A stretch of DNA of 64,000 bases from Bispira polyomma (Eukaryota): the NCBI GenBank assembly GCA_965649765.1, contig OZ287755.1, positions 6,386,001-6,450,000 of the forward strand, read 5' to 3'. A model generated the notes under the pieces. That model did no database searches. It worked only from the letters and a program-made list of their open reading frames with translations, and was not told the DNA's origin. A program made the position numbers and the translations under genes. This document shows positions 51,301 through 64,000 of this stretch, piece by piece; position 1 is the first letter of the stretch; each line of letters opens with the position of its first letter.

Positions 51301-54300
51301 TTATCTTTTGTTTCGCCCGACATATAGTTAGTCTTCCTGCGTTATCTTTAAAATCAGGGCTTCCTGAAGATCTATCGGCCATTTCTCCCGAATTATCAAT
51401 ACAATCAGGCTATTTCTTACGACCAATTGTTAACATTTGACAGGATAACTTGGAATAAGTGGATGATAACTCGTAATGCCCCGGACCCATCGGGACAGAT
51501 CGGGCGAAAAATCCTTATCATAATGGCTGAATTTACTCCCAATTTAGATCCCAATCAAAAAGGTTGTTTTAACTTAAATATAACTTGTTAGCAGCCTACG
51601 ATTGACCCTGATTGACTCCGACCTATTGACTGAAGGTCATCCAATCGCAGAGGTTTTCTAACATCTTAGTTAATTTGCACAAGTAACCAAGAGTGTCCCG
51701 AGTGACCACAATAAGTAGGGACAGCTCACTGATTTTCTTAACAGCTCAAAACATACCTTTTTAGAAAGGCTTTTTTACCTTAGCCTCCCTACCATTTTCT
51801 GCATTTCTACGGTCATAACCCCTGTACGTCTAATGGCTATATGAAATTAGAAAAATTATTTTCCTGTCTCATGCACACTACAATCTACCAGCACATAGAT
51901 AATCACTTTAAAATTAGATTAGATTATTTTTAAATACAGCCTAGGTTATGTAAAGTAAGTTTAAGTGAAAATGGGTGAAGGCGAATAAGCCATAAACAAT
52001 ATCCACTAACTTGTCTGTAAGCAAAAGTGAACTTGTATCTGGTTTATTTTTTGTCCTACAAGTTTGAAATTATAAGGTTGTTATGGAAATCAAGGGATAG
52101 GAACATCAGAAAACTAACCTAACTCCAGCTACAATCTTGCTCTACATGGGATATCTATAGTTGGTCATGATGTGCCGCATAGATTTTATTATCTGTTATA
52201 TTAATAACTTTAATGCATAAGAAAAAATATAGGTTATACAAATGCATCGGCATCTGTTAATAGGTTGTCGGATCAATCTGATTTGTTTCATGTGTAAACA
52301 TAATATGAATATAAAAAATCAAGCGTTTTATTTTTTTGAACATTTGCGTTTTTTGGCTATATTACATTTGTTCTTAATACGTTAGTGCTTTCTCACTTTG
52401 TTACAATTGGGGTTATAACATTTTTTTAGATTACTACCTTTGTTGTCACACATTGTAACATTTGTGGTTTTAGCTACATATGTGGTTGGAAATGTCACAT
52501 TAGTGGTTATAGCTACATGTTAGTATTTGTTACATTTGCGGTTTTTGGATTTGCTACATTGTGGTCATTACGTTTGTGGTTTTGTCACTTTGTTACATTT
52601 GTGGCTATAACTTTTTTTGAGATTACTACATTTGTTGTCATACATTGCTACATTTATTTTTATAACTACATATGTGGTTTGAAATTGTTATATTGGTGGT
52701 GATAGCTACATTTGTAGTGTTTTGTTATGGTTGCCACACACGTGGTATGAGGCAGGGTAGCCCAAAGTCATTTTTACTGTTTCTACTGGTTGCTGAAGTA
52801 ATGGCAATACACTCAATACAAAATAACCATATCGAGGGACTGACAATAAAGTAATAGAATAGAACCAAAACTTCCTTAACTGGGAAAGTCTGTTTTAAAA
52901 CATTTGGTATTTGGTTCTCGGGAAATATAAAGGAAATGGTAGATCCACAACAGACAGAATAGAAAGTATCAAACGGTTATATTTCTCTTTAATTTAATTT
53001 ATTTCCCCAAAGATATTCTTGATAAAATTAAGCATTTTTTTTCAACCTTTTATGAAAAAGCAAACACGGTAATATAAAACAAGATACTACAACTGAATCA
53101 ATCAGCAATGATGGGTATGTGTAAAAGGCGTACAACAGCTAAATATGGCTGGATGAAAAGACATAGTGTTAAGAAAAATACTAACTGGAAGGTTTTATTC
53201 CTTAATTTGGTTTTCCTAAAGGAAATTTTACTGAAAAAGAATACTTACTAGTATAAAAAACAATTTAACACCATTTTCGTTTTTGCATTGATCGTGAAAG
53301 TAACATCAAGATATTACATGAATACTAATACAATAAAATATAGCAATTGCCAAAAAGCACATTTCATTGAAGCAGTTTCCCAATACATATGGCTACGATA
53401 TTTATTTTATAGATATATTAGACAACATGGGTACCATTTTACAACTACTTGCTGTAAATTAAAATCTAAATGCAAGCCTTAATCAGATATCTTATAATCT
53501 CCCAGACCGTTGGACAAATGAGTAAAATAAATCAAACACATGTAGCCCAAAGTAAGACCGCCTCTAAACAAATTACACGTGTTGTACAAAACATCCAAGT
53601 TTACTTGAAACATGGATTATTTTCTATCCATATTTAGATTAAACAGGACATGAATGAAGCATTCAGCCTTCCCTATACAATTTTGAAAGAGTCATATTTA
53701 CAAAGCATTCATGTGAAGTGAAGTACATCAAATGAACTTAAGCTGTAATTAAAAATGTATAATAATAATAATACTTATAATTATCTAGAATGTGTGTTTT
53801 GTAAAAGCATTGATACAGTTTAACATCATATGTATGAATGTGTTAAATGTAAAAACAGTTAGAATAAAGTAAACCAATGGTTATTTAAAAAAAAATTGTA
53901 TTCACTAACTTCACTCTATTATCATTACTTTGATTCATTGTCACCTGGATATAACATGTATACAATATTTATATAGTTAGACTGCCATCAATGTGGCATA
54001 TATAAAACCAGCCAGCTAGTTTTGACCTACGAAACATTTAGGATATAGTCATCAACAATTTGTATTTAAAAGTGAACCCATGATATTTTTAAGTTAGAGT
54101 GAATGAAGGATAAACTAGTTATAGAAATTTACAAAACATACATTAGTGATTGTCTAACATTTCAAGAGTTCACAATATATAGTCCAAAGCCTTTAATTAT
54201 GCTAGTATTTGTCACTAAAATTCCCATTTATCTTGGGCAGACAAACTGTTAAATGATTGCTCTAGGTTGATTAATTGGTCAAATAAAATATTACTATTAT

Positions 54301-57300
54301 TTTCATGTACATTATGTGAAATCAGTTTTTGTTTATTCCTTATAAAAGACAAGTTTCTTGAAATACAAAAACTGTGTTGTTATTTTTGGAATAATATTTT
54401 TTAAAAACTACAAAAGAGCAAATAACTAAAATCTCCTATTTTTTACTTTATTTGTGAAGTAAAAGAATATGCATATAGCATGGAAAAAAAAAATGATATT
54501 ACCATGAAAAGAACTCAATTGTACTATTATGGGCTGTTATGTAATAACTGGAAAATGTCCTGTATATGTCAATGTCATTTGTACTCTGTCAAATACATGT
54601 TAATTTGTTATTGTAATATATTGTGTTTTTGTTTGTAAAAATATAATTAATACTTACCAATATGTCTATCACTGTTATGATCTGTTACATTAAACCCAAG
54701 TTCCAATCCGCCTTCAAGAAATGTTGTCAGAAGTTTCCCCTTTGGTACTTCTGTTATTGAAACTGGACCACCCACACCATGAAAACCTGTAGTGCATCTA
54801 TATAGTATAAATGTACATAAATATGAACTAAAACAATTTGTGATACTGTATATTGTCTAAATATTTCTACCATTGCGTGTTACTTAAAGATTATAAAATG
54901 ATGCTAAACTATTAAAACATTTTAGCCTTAAGATAAATTATAAACTAGAGTAGCATAGAACACGTTTCGCCCCATTTTGTGGATTGATGATCCTTGCAGA
55001 CCTGAATGTCATTTGTTTAAACATAGTAGGTGTTTTAAATAAATATAATTAAAATCAATTGATTTGAATACATGGCAGAACAATTATCCGTATCTGTGTC
55101 AAATAATGTAAAGATATGATGAGCTTAATTGTTGCTACAAAAAGTAATTAAGGACTAATTGCATCAACTGATTTAATAGGGATATAGTTTAAACTGGTCC
55201 TTACCATTAACTGTCAGTTCTTGCACTTGCATGTCTTCAAACTTTTTGAAGAAAGGTAATACATCATCATATCCCCACCCCTTATTGCCAAGATCCCTCC
55301 ATCTGTCATAGTCTTCAGGATTACCACGTACAACATTTTGGTTATTATGTGAGCTGCATCCTCCTAAAACTCTGGCTATTGACAGATGAGCTTTCTAAAC
55401 AACCCAAAAACATTATTATTGTACTGATGAATATTTATGGAGAGGCATCAATAGTAAAAGACATATAAAATCTAGCAACTCTAAATATTAATTATTTTAT
55501 CCATAGGATATTTTGTCAAGAACCGACATTATTTGGCATATATGGCATTAATTTCATGACACAAGTTTCATTTTGAGATAGACAATATTTTGGTTCAATG
55601 TCCCTTTATTTGTTTTCAAAATACAAAATAAGTTATGGTAAGTTAAGTAAAAAATAAGTTTTTTAAGTTGTTTATGGTTTAGAATTATTTTACAACAGTA
55701 AAACATTTTACAGAAGTCTTAATGTGATACCTTATGTAAATGTGCTAAAGATGAGGAAATAATATATGATGCAGATGTATTAAATGTGACTAACATTATA
55801 AAGTTAATTATGTTTTTGCATATGCATCTTATAACGTCTGTATAACTCCTGTTCCTTACACTCCTTAATTGTTAAATTTTTCATCTGCACATATTATAAC
55901 AATGTGTACTCTGTGTTTGAATTTTAATAAGTGATCAAAACATGTTCAACCTTATCTGGGAGCCCTTGCCCTGCATTTTTCTGAGGTTCAGAAAAATAAC
56001 CCCAGTCTAGTTCACCCAGCCGATTTTGATAGGCAGGAATTGCTATAGCTGGGTAGTTTCTATCGGATGGACCAGCTTCCAGTAATAAGACACTGACATC
56101 AGGGTCTTCAGACAATCTGGCCGCAACAACACAACCTGCTGTGCCACCTCCAACTAAGGAGTTAGAAAGCATATCGTTAATATTTTGATAACACTGCCTT
56201 AAATGCCAATGCATTCAGTCCATTTGCAGAAGTCAATATACCTATCATCTATTTTATCTCTTAGCAATCTCCCTAGCAAAAATTGTCTCTTCACCTTTGC
56301 AGGTTACAAATCATTTAAAGTTACAACATCTGCTAAATGGAATAGCCTCCTTGCCAGTCATTGTACTGAAACAAGAATTACAAGTTAATGCGCTAGTTTT
56401 CAAGATGGGATATAGTTCTGCAACACTGTTTTGGTTGGTATAAAAGGGCAATCATGGGCACACATCTCCAAAAGATACTTTCTCTAAAAGTGGAACTGGA
56501 ACCTTTTGATAACTAAACCAACTCTGTAAACTTCAGATTGGTAGGTCATGGAGTAATAGAGACTGTATATTAAAATATAGAAAAAAAATAATGAATATTA
56601 GAAACTCATTGATGTACAGCACATAAAAATATGGAAGTGTAGATGAAAAGGAAATACTTTTGGAGGAAGGCCTGAGATGGTAATTAACAAATCTAATCAT
56701 ATGAAGTCAAACATGCAATAAGTAAACACAATTTCTTTGTTTCAGAAACCGAAATTCAGCAAGAAAAAGAGATTTTCACTATACATTGACATTATACAAG
56801 TCTATAAAGTCATCAAACATCAGCAACGATAAGCCTTATAAAATTGGGTTGGATGCCCATTTGGAGGAAAATTACTAAGAATCCGAAGTTGCTCTTTTGA
56901 TCACATTTGGCCAAAAAATAATAAGGAAACTGATTACTTCTTGAGAGATTGTCGATATTAATTATTAGAGACGGATTAATGTGAATACTAGGTCCCTCAT
57001 AACTAACTAATTACTTCTTGAGAGATTGGCGATATTAATTATTAGAGACGGATTAATGTGAATACCAGGCCCATCATAATAAAGTAAGGGTTTATAATTT
57101 TTATTATTTCTATATGTATTTGTATTATCATATCAATTTCTCTTATTCTAAGCTATTTTGCTTCCAATTTTTTTCTCATACAACATACACAGAAAATCTT
57201 ATGATGGGCAAGAAATCTAAATTCACAAGCACATGGATTAACATATGTCAAGAAAACAACAAGTTGTCTTTAACTTGCCAGTTTACTAAAAATTACCTTC

Positions 57301-60300
57301 GCCAAGTGGGTTATACCCCCATTTAGGTTTAGACACTCCGTACAATGTCTTTGAGTAGTCACAACAGTATCCCGGATAACTTGGTTTTGGTTTTTTGGTT
57401 TTTCGACTTATTAATAAGGTCCTGGATCAGCATGGATCATAACTATATTGCTTTCATCAGTTATCTTCAGCAGGTTTGTCTCTTTCATTTACGATTGAGG
57501 ATTATTTAAGATATTTCAAAGTGTTTGATAGGTAAATCAATCAAAATCTACAACATAATCGAGTTGGGAGTTTGGGATTGCAGTATTATATGAAAATTAA
57601 CCAATGTATATATTTATATATTTCTCTTTATATAAAAATTTTTGCCAAATTTTTCATAATCATATCACAAATCAACATGCTCTAAACTGATATAAAAGAT
57701 TTGCATATTTATCAATACCTTGAACTCTGGGGTTAGTTTATTTAGACTACATACTCAACCATATCAGGTGGTACAAAATAAAAACCATTTGTCACAGTCC
57801 CCGTTAGTAAAGTTGAGATAAAGGTCAAAGTTATCCAAGTAAGGTCAAGTTATGGTTATGTTGAAGTTTGAAAGTAAGAGGTAATAAAAGATTTCACTTT
57901 GAGGTTTCATTTTTACATGTTAGTATTTTATGTACATGAAGTTACAGATAAAATAAATGCTTAAAATTTTTTAAACATGACAAATTTTGAAGCCCCAAGC
58001 CAAACCTAAGTAGAGTGTGAGATGGCAGATGTTAAAGGGACCACTGAAGCTGCCTGAGATGTATTCTGTAGATATGTCCAAACTGCTGAGGACCTCCAAA
58101 GGCCATGGGCCATAATGTTCTGCAGAGAAACGTTCTTATTAAATACAAAAGAGGTCCCCGACCTTCTAAAGGCATGAAACCCATGTGAGCTATATTGAAT
58201 GCCGATATGTTGTAAAACTGTTTGTAAAGCTGAACTTACATGTGAGTCGACAATTGGGTGATATGGTGTAGTTTTTGAAGCAAACAGTGGTGCCTTGTCC
58301 GAAAGTTGTCCAGACAAAAGCAGTTTCTTGAGAGCTATAACTGGGCAGATGTGTGAATTATCTAGCACTGGGATCTGTATGATGTGAGTATCAGTTCTAT
58401 TTTGCAAATTCTTAGCCCATTTTAGAATCATGTGGGCACCCAGGTGGCCAAAAATGACATCCTGCCTAATAAAGTGCTTTGTTGGATCAAAAGCTGATTT
58501 TGAATGGGGAGCTATGTTCGAAAGCCTCAAGAAACCAAAGAAGGCCACTAAGAAAATTGATCTGAATAGTATTGGATCTTCAAGTTTGTCACAGGCCTTA
58601 GATATGAGAATCAACTGTTCTATGGTAAAGATTCCTTTAGGTTTTGGTCTGAATATTGAGTTGTGTGTCAGACTTCTAGTGAAAAGTGCTACTGAGTTGT
58701 ATACAAATGGAGTAAGATTCTAGTTTAACTTGGAAGCTACAAATTTTATTGCTGCTAAATAATTGTTCACTGCCCCAGGTGATAACCGGTTTTGCACCAG
58801 GTATTCCAGGAATGCAATCACTGCACGTACGTTTACAGTTGTAATGCCTGTAATTTCTAGGAAGGCTAAGAAAGTTCTAAATTGAGCATTATAGGCTGTC
58901 GTTGTCTTTGGTCTCAAAGCTAAGTCAATCCTAGCACTGGCTGAAGACATCAGGATTTGGCTGATGTATGTGGAACCTGAAATTATATTGACAAATCCAG
59001 GTTGAAGTATTCAATTGGTATTTGTTTCCACTCAAAATCACTGTCAATCTTGTTTATGAGATCTTGGTCAGAAGCTTTGTCTGAATATAGTCTAGACAGA
59101 GCATCTGCAATAACATTTTTCTTACCAGGTATATGTCTAATTTTTGAAGAAATATCATAAGTAGCTGTTAGTAACCAGATGTTTCTCAAACACAATGCTA
59201 AGAAACTATCTCTGGTTTTGTGTGATTCAACAACCAGAACCACAGCCATGTTGTCACAGTTGATCATAAGACTACCATGTCTCCACTCCTCTGCCCATAT
59301 GCATAGCGCAATCACTATGTTCAGCATCTCGAGATGTACAATTGTTAATTTTCCATCGAATAAGTCATGAAATGGTGTGGCATATACTTCTCGGTTCCAA
59401 ACGCCCCCAAATCCTGTGAAGCAAGCGTCCAGATGCAGCTCGTCTGCATATGGTATACTAATGTAATTAATAAAATTAACACCATTATATTTTTCTAAAC
59501 ATTTTATAAACCATTCCAGGTCATATTCCATTTCATTAGTAACTTTAAAGCGCTTGTTGGCGTGCCCAGCTATAAAAGCAGCGAGTAATCTATTAATGAA
59601 GATGCGTGCAGGTGTCACACATTTGTGAATGTATAAAAGCTTTCCTAGAAGTGATTGAAACTTATTTTTAGATATATATTGTTTGAGCAAAACTTCTACG
59701 CAAACGTTATATACTTCCTTAAGCTTTTCTGGTTGGATACTTATAATGCCCTTAATGATGTCAAAATCAATGCCAAGGCATGTAAGTTTAGTAGTAGGGG
59801 GAGTCAATTTGTCTTGGTTCATTGGAAGACCCAGCTTTTTAAGCAATGTGTGGAGTTTGTTGAAGCCCTCGTTGGCTGTTCCTTCTGGCGCAACGCAAAC
59901 GTAGTCATCAATGTATCCGAATACTTTAAAGCCCTATTTACACATGTGAGCAGTTATTGCGTCTGTGCAACGCTGAAACGCAGCGCTGCGATGAACCCAC
60001 CCGAACGCAATGGCAGGGTCCACATAATATTCGCCCTGCCAAGAGATTCCTAGCTTAATTGCGTCCACAGGGTCAACTCGTAGATTCCTAAACGTCCTGG
60101 CCACGTCAATTTTGAATAAAGTGGCGTTCTCAGTATCACGTATGAATTGTGTTATATCATCAATTGTGGGGAACTTTAATGCGAATGCCACGCCATCAAA
60201 TTGATCCCTATCAACATTATCATTCAGCGAATCGCCATACGGATGAGACAGGTTCAAAATCACTCGACGTTTATCAGTATCTTTGGGTCTTGTAAGAAGT

Positions 60301-63300
60301 GGAGAACAATGGTAGTCTGGAGTTTTAACCTCCTTAACTGGCCCTAACATAGCACCTAAATCACTTTCTTTCTTAAGATATTCACCCACGTCATAGGGAT
60401 ACTGCAAAGCAGAGTAATGATTTTTGACCTTAACATTGCCTAACCTATCAGGTGTTCTTAAGCATAGTGGAAATCCAAATGTGATGTATTGAAGCAGTAA
60501 CTTGTCAGGATAATCCTGTAGCATATATTGCCAAGCTTGTGTGTTTAAACCAGATCTCAATGGTATTCTGGCTTGTTTGTAATTTGGTACTCCTGTCTGC
60601 TTTATTACTTGTGCAATTGCAATCATGTCTTCTACTATTCTAATATGTACTGGTTGCCTATCTGGACCTTGAAATTTGAAGTCAGTGTCTGATAAAGCAA
60701 GGAACCCTACAGTCTTATTTTTGTCATGTATGTCTGTGATATTTCTGTTCACAGGTTCACTAGCCTTAAGCATATATGTCATTTGGGAAAAGAATTCTGA
60801 CGACGCAGGGTGAGTATATTTTTCATCGCAATAACTTACCATGCTCTTAGTAGGTTTTACACTACTATCTTCGGTCTGTACCGAGTTGTCTGTCACATCT
60901 ACATTTCTAACATTACAATCTGTATTTTTACCTTCACAGCATCCAATCAATTTATCAATTAAATCTTCTAGATGCTCAGTATAGTTTTTACCACTAGACT
61001 TTAAACACTCCATATCTTTCTTGTAGTAGTGGAAAGCATTACTAGCTTGTTTCTGTTGTTGCACTGATTTACATGTGATTTCATCAAATTATACATATGC
61101 CAGGTCGTTAACTCTGTTGACCCAGATTTCAAAAGAATTAATAACAGATAACATACCGTTAGGTTCAAATTCAAAGGGAGTGTAGCTTTCTTGTCCTGTC
61201 ACTTCATCAGTCTGGCTATTATAAAAGCCGTTTTAAAATTTTTAGGGCCCCCAATGTAAAGTACTGGCAAGCTTTTTGATGTGGTCAAACAAAATAAGTA
61301 CCAATTGGTTACATTAAGTTTTACCTTTATTGGTCCCCATTCATGACTGCCACTCTGAATGTGGACTGTATGATTTTGATTTTTACAATTTTTTATTTTT
61401 ACACAGGTGGTCGAGCTACACTCCCCTGTGGTCAACTTGACCATGCCTTGTCCCCTGCTATGTGTAAGCAATTGCTGGAGACTTTGGACAGCTCCAACGT
61501 CACCATACGTGCTTCCTGAAATGTTCTCACATAATACATTTGACATGACATTAGTTTTATGAATATAATTTTCTCTTACATTGGCTTCCCTAAATGATAC
61601 CTCAGTTCTCTTACTATGGCTATATTTGTCATTAACCTTATTTGCACTTTCATAGTTCTCATTAACTCTAGTATTTACAGTATCTTTCAATGTTCCATAT
61701 TGCTTAGCTGGTTGTCGAATCAACAATTCCTAACTACTTTTTACATTTTGGTTATCAGATTGCTTGCTGGAATTTGCCTTAAAACATTTAAATTCAGGGT
61801 GGTAAGATTCTTTTCCTAGGACTTTGGAACAGTACCAACATTGATGTTTGTAGTTTCCATGGTCATTTTTGTGACTGCATTTACCGTTGTTAAAGAGCTT
61901 ACATATTGTCCTGTGTTCAGTGGTCTGGGAGGTACCTTGATGCTGATTGTTAACCATGGCCAATTGGGACGCGCTCATCCGGTTCAGCGCCCATTGCGTG
62001 TGATCCTGCCACGTTAAGCGCCCCTCCTCGACTTCATGCATATTAGAGGCCCATGCGGTTCTCACTACCGGCCATGGAAGTGACGAAGAGTCTCGCAATG
62101 CGAAAACAATCTGGGTCATCATATCCCTCATTACTGTATTGTCTGCAACCAGCAGAGCGTTGGATATTTGGCCTGCTGCCCATTGTGGGAGTGACAGATC
62201 GTCATAGGCGGGACGTTTGCGCGCAGAAGTGGAGACGTTGGTTGCTAAGCAACCCTCGTTCGGCCAACGATACCTAGGGTCTACTGTGGCAACATCGGTA
62301 GAATTAAATCTGCCAGACTTAACTCTCTGGGTGGTCTTACCTTCAGATAGTTCTCTCTGAGCTAGAGATTCGTAGCTAGCCAGCTGCCGTGTAACTGCTG
62401 ACTGAACATCAGGCATAGAGCGTAGAGTGTGTAAATTGGGAACAATTCCATCCCTGTTATACTCGTGTGGTGTAGGTCCCAGTTGTGGCTGCGGAAATCC
62501 CCGACCATCTCTGAAACCGACATCTGAAGGGGGAGTGTATCTGGGCAGTGGTAAACTGTTAGCATTATTGCTGGCCCGTCCGAGAACAGAAGCACTGTTC
62601 GTGGTTTGACTAGTACAGGTACCCGAGTTACTGCCCGAGGCCGTTTTCGCTTCTACTTTCTCCAGCCTGGACTCTAATCGTCTTAGAATTGCCAACATCT
62701 CATTGGGAGGATCAGCCCCTGCGTGGCATGTAGCCGGTGGTTGTATGAATTGTGAATCTACCTGGAACGAGTCAGCACTCGACGGTCGAGTTGTAGGTTC
62801 CTCTACTTCATTAAGGTGGCTATGAAGATTGCGAACAATATTGTTAGTTACCTGTAGTTCGTCTGTCCCAGTGGTAGGTTTTGACACCTTTGTTTTACGG
62901 CTCGCTGGTTTCTTTGGCTAAACAGGAGTCTTTTTTGTTCTACCCATTTCAATTCACACACATATCCAATAGCACCTTCATTATAGTATAAAACAGGCTA
63001 AAATGTAACTTTTAAAAACATAAACTAAAAACCAAGTTCATATAACTTTCCATGTAAGTTAAAATATTTTTGGTTGTTGTTTCTTCAATGTCGAATTTCA
63101 ATATGGAGGTGTAGCCCCAGAAAAACCGGGAATAGCTAATTAATTAAGGAATTTGATTGGCCCTTGTAGTTATGATAGAATGCACTGAGGATAGCTATAC
63201 CTAAAATTTTTATTAAGGTCAAGTGATATAATTAACGTGGACTGAGATAGCAGTCCCCTGAAGTAGACGTGCTTGACAAACTCACCTACGATATAATCAG

Positions 63301-63364
63301 GCTTCCTGGCCGAAGAGCTGCTACTTACTGATAGTAGGACTAAAATAAAGTATAGCAGTTTCAT
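39302..63364 (-). CDS. Secreted GMC (glucose-methanol-choline) oxidoreductase; exons 63364-63286, 56153-55951, 55394-55205, 54786-54658, 47837-47716, 44211-44044, 43803-43653, 43067-42945(or 42958), possible micro-exons, 41565-41410, 41046-40830, 39446-39302
   Basis: Signal peptide followed by [54 protein letters not shown] and [14 protein letters not shown]. All confident junctions are GT-AG and phase-compatible. Confidence 0.9.
39563..39780 (-). mobile_element. tRNA-derived SINE (family 1) with 13-bp TSD
   Basis: Same body as the other copies. TSD CGTTTTGGCCACA at 39550-39562 and 39781-39793. Confidence 0.88.
43307..43568 (+). mobile_element. tRNA-derived SINE (family 1)
   Basis: GGGGCCACGGTGGGCTAGTGGTTAG head and shared body and tail. 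Confidence 0.85.
44900..47140 (+). mobile_element. Heavily decayed L1/Tx1-like LINE
   Basis: Endonuclease motifs NVYAPN, VGDFN, DVWK and CDHK; late RT fragment [11 protein letters not shown]; C-terminal [12 protein letters not shown]; AATAAA near the end. Confidence 0.7.
47917..48237 (+). mobile_element. tRNA-derived SINE (family 2)
   Basis: TGGCCTAGTGG A box, GGTTTGATCC B-box-like motif, CORE-like body (TTGGACAAAGTGCTTTAC..TCTCTCTACCCAGGTGTA..GGTACCGG), TTA tail. Confidence 0.7.
48370..48569 (+). mobile_element. L1/Tx1-like LINE RT relic, 5' part
   Basis: [18 protein letters not shown]. Joins 52739 onward as [10 protein letters not shown] when the TIR element is removed. Confidence 0.6.
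48570..52738. mobile_element. 4.2-kb foldback-like DNA element with long modular TIRs, flanked by CACGTG
   Basis: CACGTG|TGTGGCAACCATAA ... TTATGGTTGCCACA|CACGTG. Arms of about 290-430 bp are built from TAACCACAAATGT(AGC) subrepeats. Inserted in a LINE RT motif. Confidence 0.85.
51008..51195. repeat. 47-bp tandem repeat x4 inside the foldback element
   Basis: Unit TAAAATAAAAAATAAAATCCTGTTATAATCATCTATAATACAATTCT starts at 51008, 51055, 51102 and 51149. Confidence 0.92.
52739..54330 (+). mobile_element. L1/Tx1-like LINE relic, 3' part
   Basis: [41 protein letters not shown] and [16 protein letters not shown] fragments. Right end approximate. Confidence 0.65.
56933..57069. repeat. Local direct duplication, about 60 bp, period 77
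   Basis: ATTACTTCTTGAGAGATTG.CGATATTAATTATTAGAGACGGATTAATGTGAATAC occurs twice. Confidence 0.85.
57090..57372. mobile_element. Single arm of the MITE family seen at 7524-8282
   Basis: TGATGGGCAAGAAATCTAAA..AAGTTGTCTTTAACTTGCCA..GTACAATGTCTTTG is shared with it. Confidence 0.75.
57670..63100 (-). mobile_element. Divergent DIRS-order element D in GMC intron 1 (gag 62887-61730; broken pol 61726-58983; YR 58976-58006 with a stop)
   Basis: gag with [18 protein letters not shown]; [26 protein letters not shown]; RNase H LDAC, HLEMLN, CDN; YR FLRLSN, HAFRRSG, GLWRS, WTY. Ends approximate. Confidence 0.9.
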
Positions 63365-64000
63365 ATTGAAAATTCACTGCATCAACCGTTGCTACTACCT
63401 GTAGTAGCGTTAACTAATGAAAACAATTTAGTGTGAACTGCATTGGTGATGAGACATGTTTAATTTTTTTAATTGTAACACATTGATTGCAACTGATAAT
63501 AATAGTAGTTGGATATTGATTTATGTGACGTTAATTACTATCTGAATATGAATACGACATACATTGATTTATGTAACACATAATGATGTAACACATCTTG
63601 CTTATTAAATGTCTGAGGCTGAAAAAAATAGTCATACAATGCAATCGATTAGATACCTTTGTACAGAATAAGTTTTTCAGTGTATAATTTTACAATTTAC
63701 ATATATGTGATTTTGTAATGCATTATTGTCAAAGTGTGAGTATATGTACTTCGCATTTTTGCTAGTCAGAACATGAAATAGTATTAGGTGTACTTAGAGT
63801 AGATTTAGTTTTTTGGCTTGAACTTAATCACACTTCGTTATATTATTTCAAACTCAACTTTCAACTTAAATACAATTTAAATACAAGTGTTAATTGAAAT
63901 GACAAATCTTTATAATTACAATCAATGATATCACTATCACATCATTGTAGTTATGCTCTAAGCAAAGTGGGCTCTGTATACATTAATGGAAATCTGTCTT

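Noticed and set aside
57794-63258. GGGGACTG at both 57796-57803 and 63251-63258 as terminal repeats of element D
   Set aside because: Only 8 bp. D's similarity to the 3' ends of A, B and C (AATAAACTA) continues beyond 57796, so the ends cannot be fixed this way.

Overview
AT-rich animal genomic DNA (spliceosomal introns, SINEs and LINEs; probably a lophotrochozoan invertebrate, which is inference). Host genes: (i) a 3-exon carbohydrate sulfotransferase of the CHST8-14/HNK-1ST (Sulfotransfer_2) family at 4714-9606(-) with a pseudogenised duplicate at 21394-24201(-); (ii) a multi-exon secreted GMC oxidoreductase at 39302-63364(-) with an inverted two-exon pseudogene at 25211-26573(+). Much of the rest is mobile DNA, dominated by six tyrosine-recombinase (DIRS-order, Ngaro/PAT-like) retrotransposons. 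One is intact (10932-16608) and five are decayed, truncated or nested. Comparing these copies reveals a conserved expression and structure plan. A phase-1 splice donor in mid-gag (3 copies) and a phase-1 acceptor just after the pol stop (5 copies) would give an in-frame Gag(N)-tyrosine recombinase fusion. An A_AAA_AAC slippery site plus a perfect hairpin would give a -1 frameshift Gag-Pol. Precisely mappable ends show no recognisable terminal repeats. The 3' UTR holds a covarying long-range stem enclosing an array of GGTCA-N7-TGACC hairpins. tRNA-derived SINEs, MITEs, a 4.2-kb foldback-like element, LINE relics and minisatellites make up the remainder. All calls were made by eye, with no database searches.
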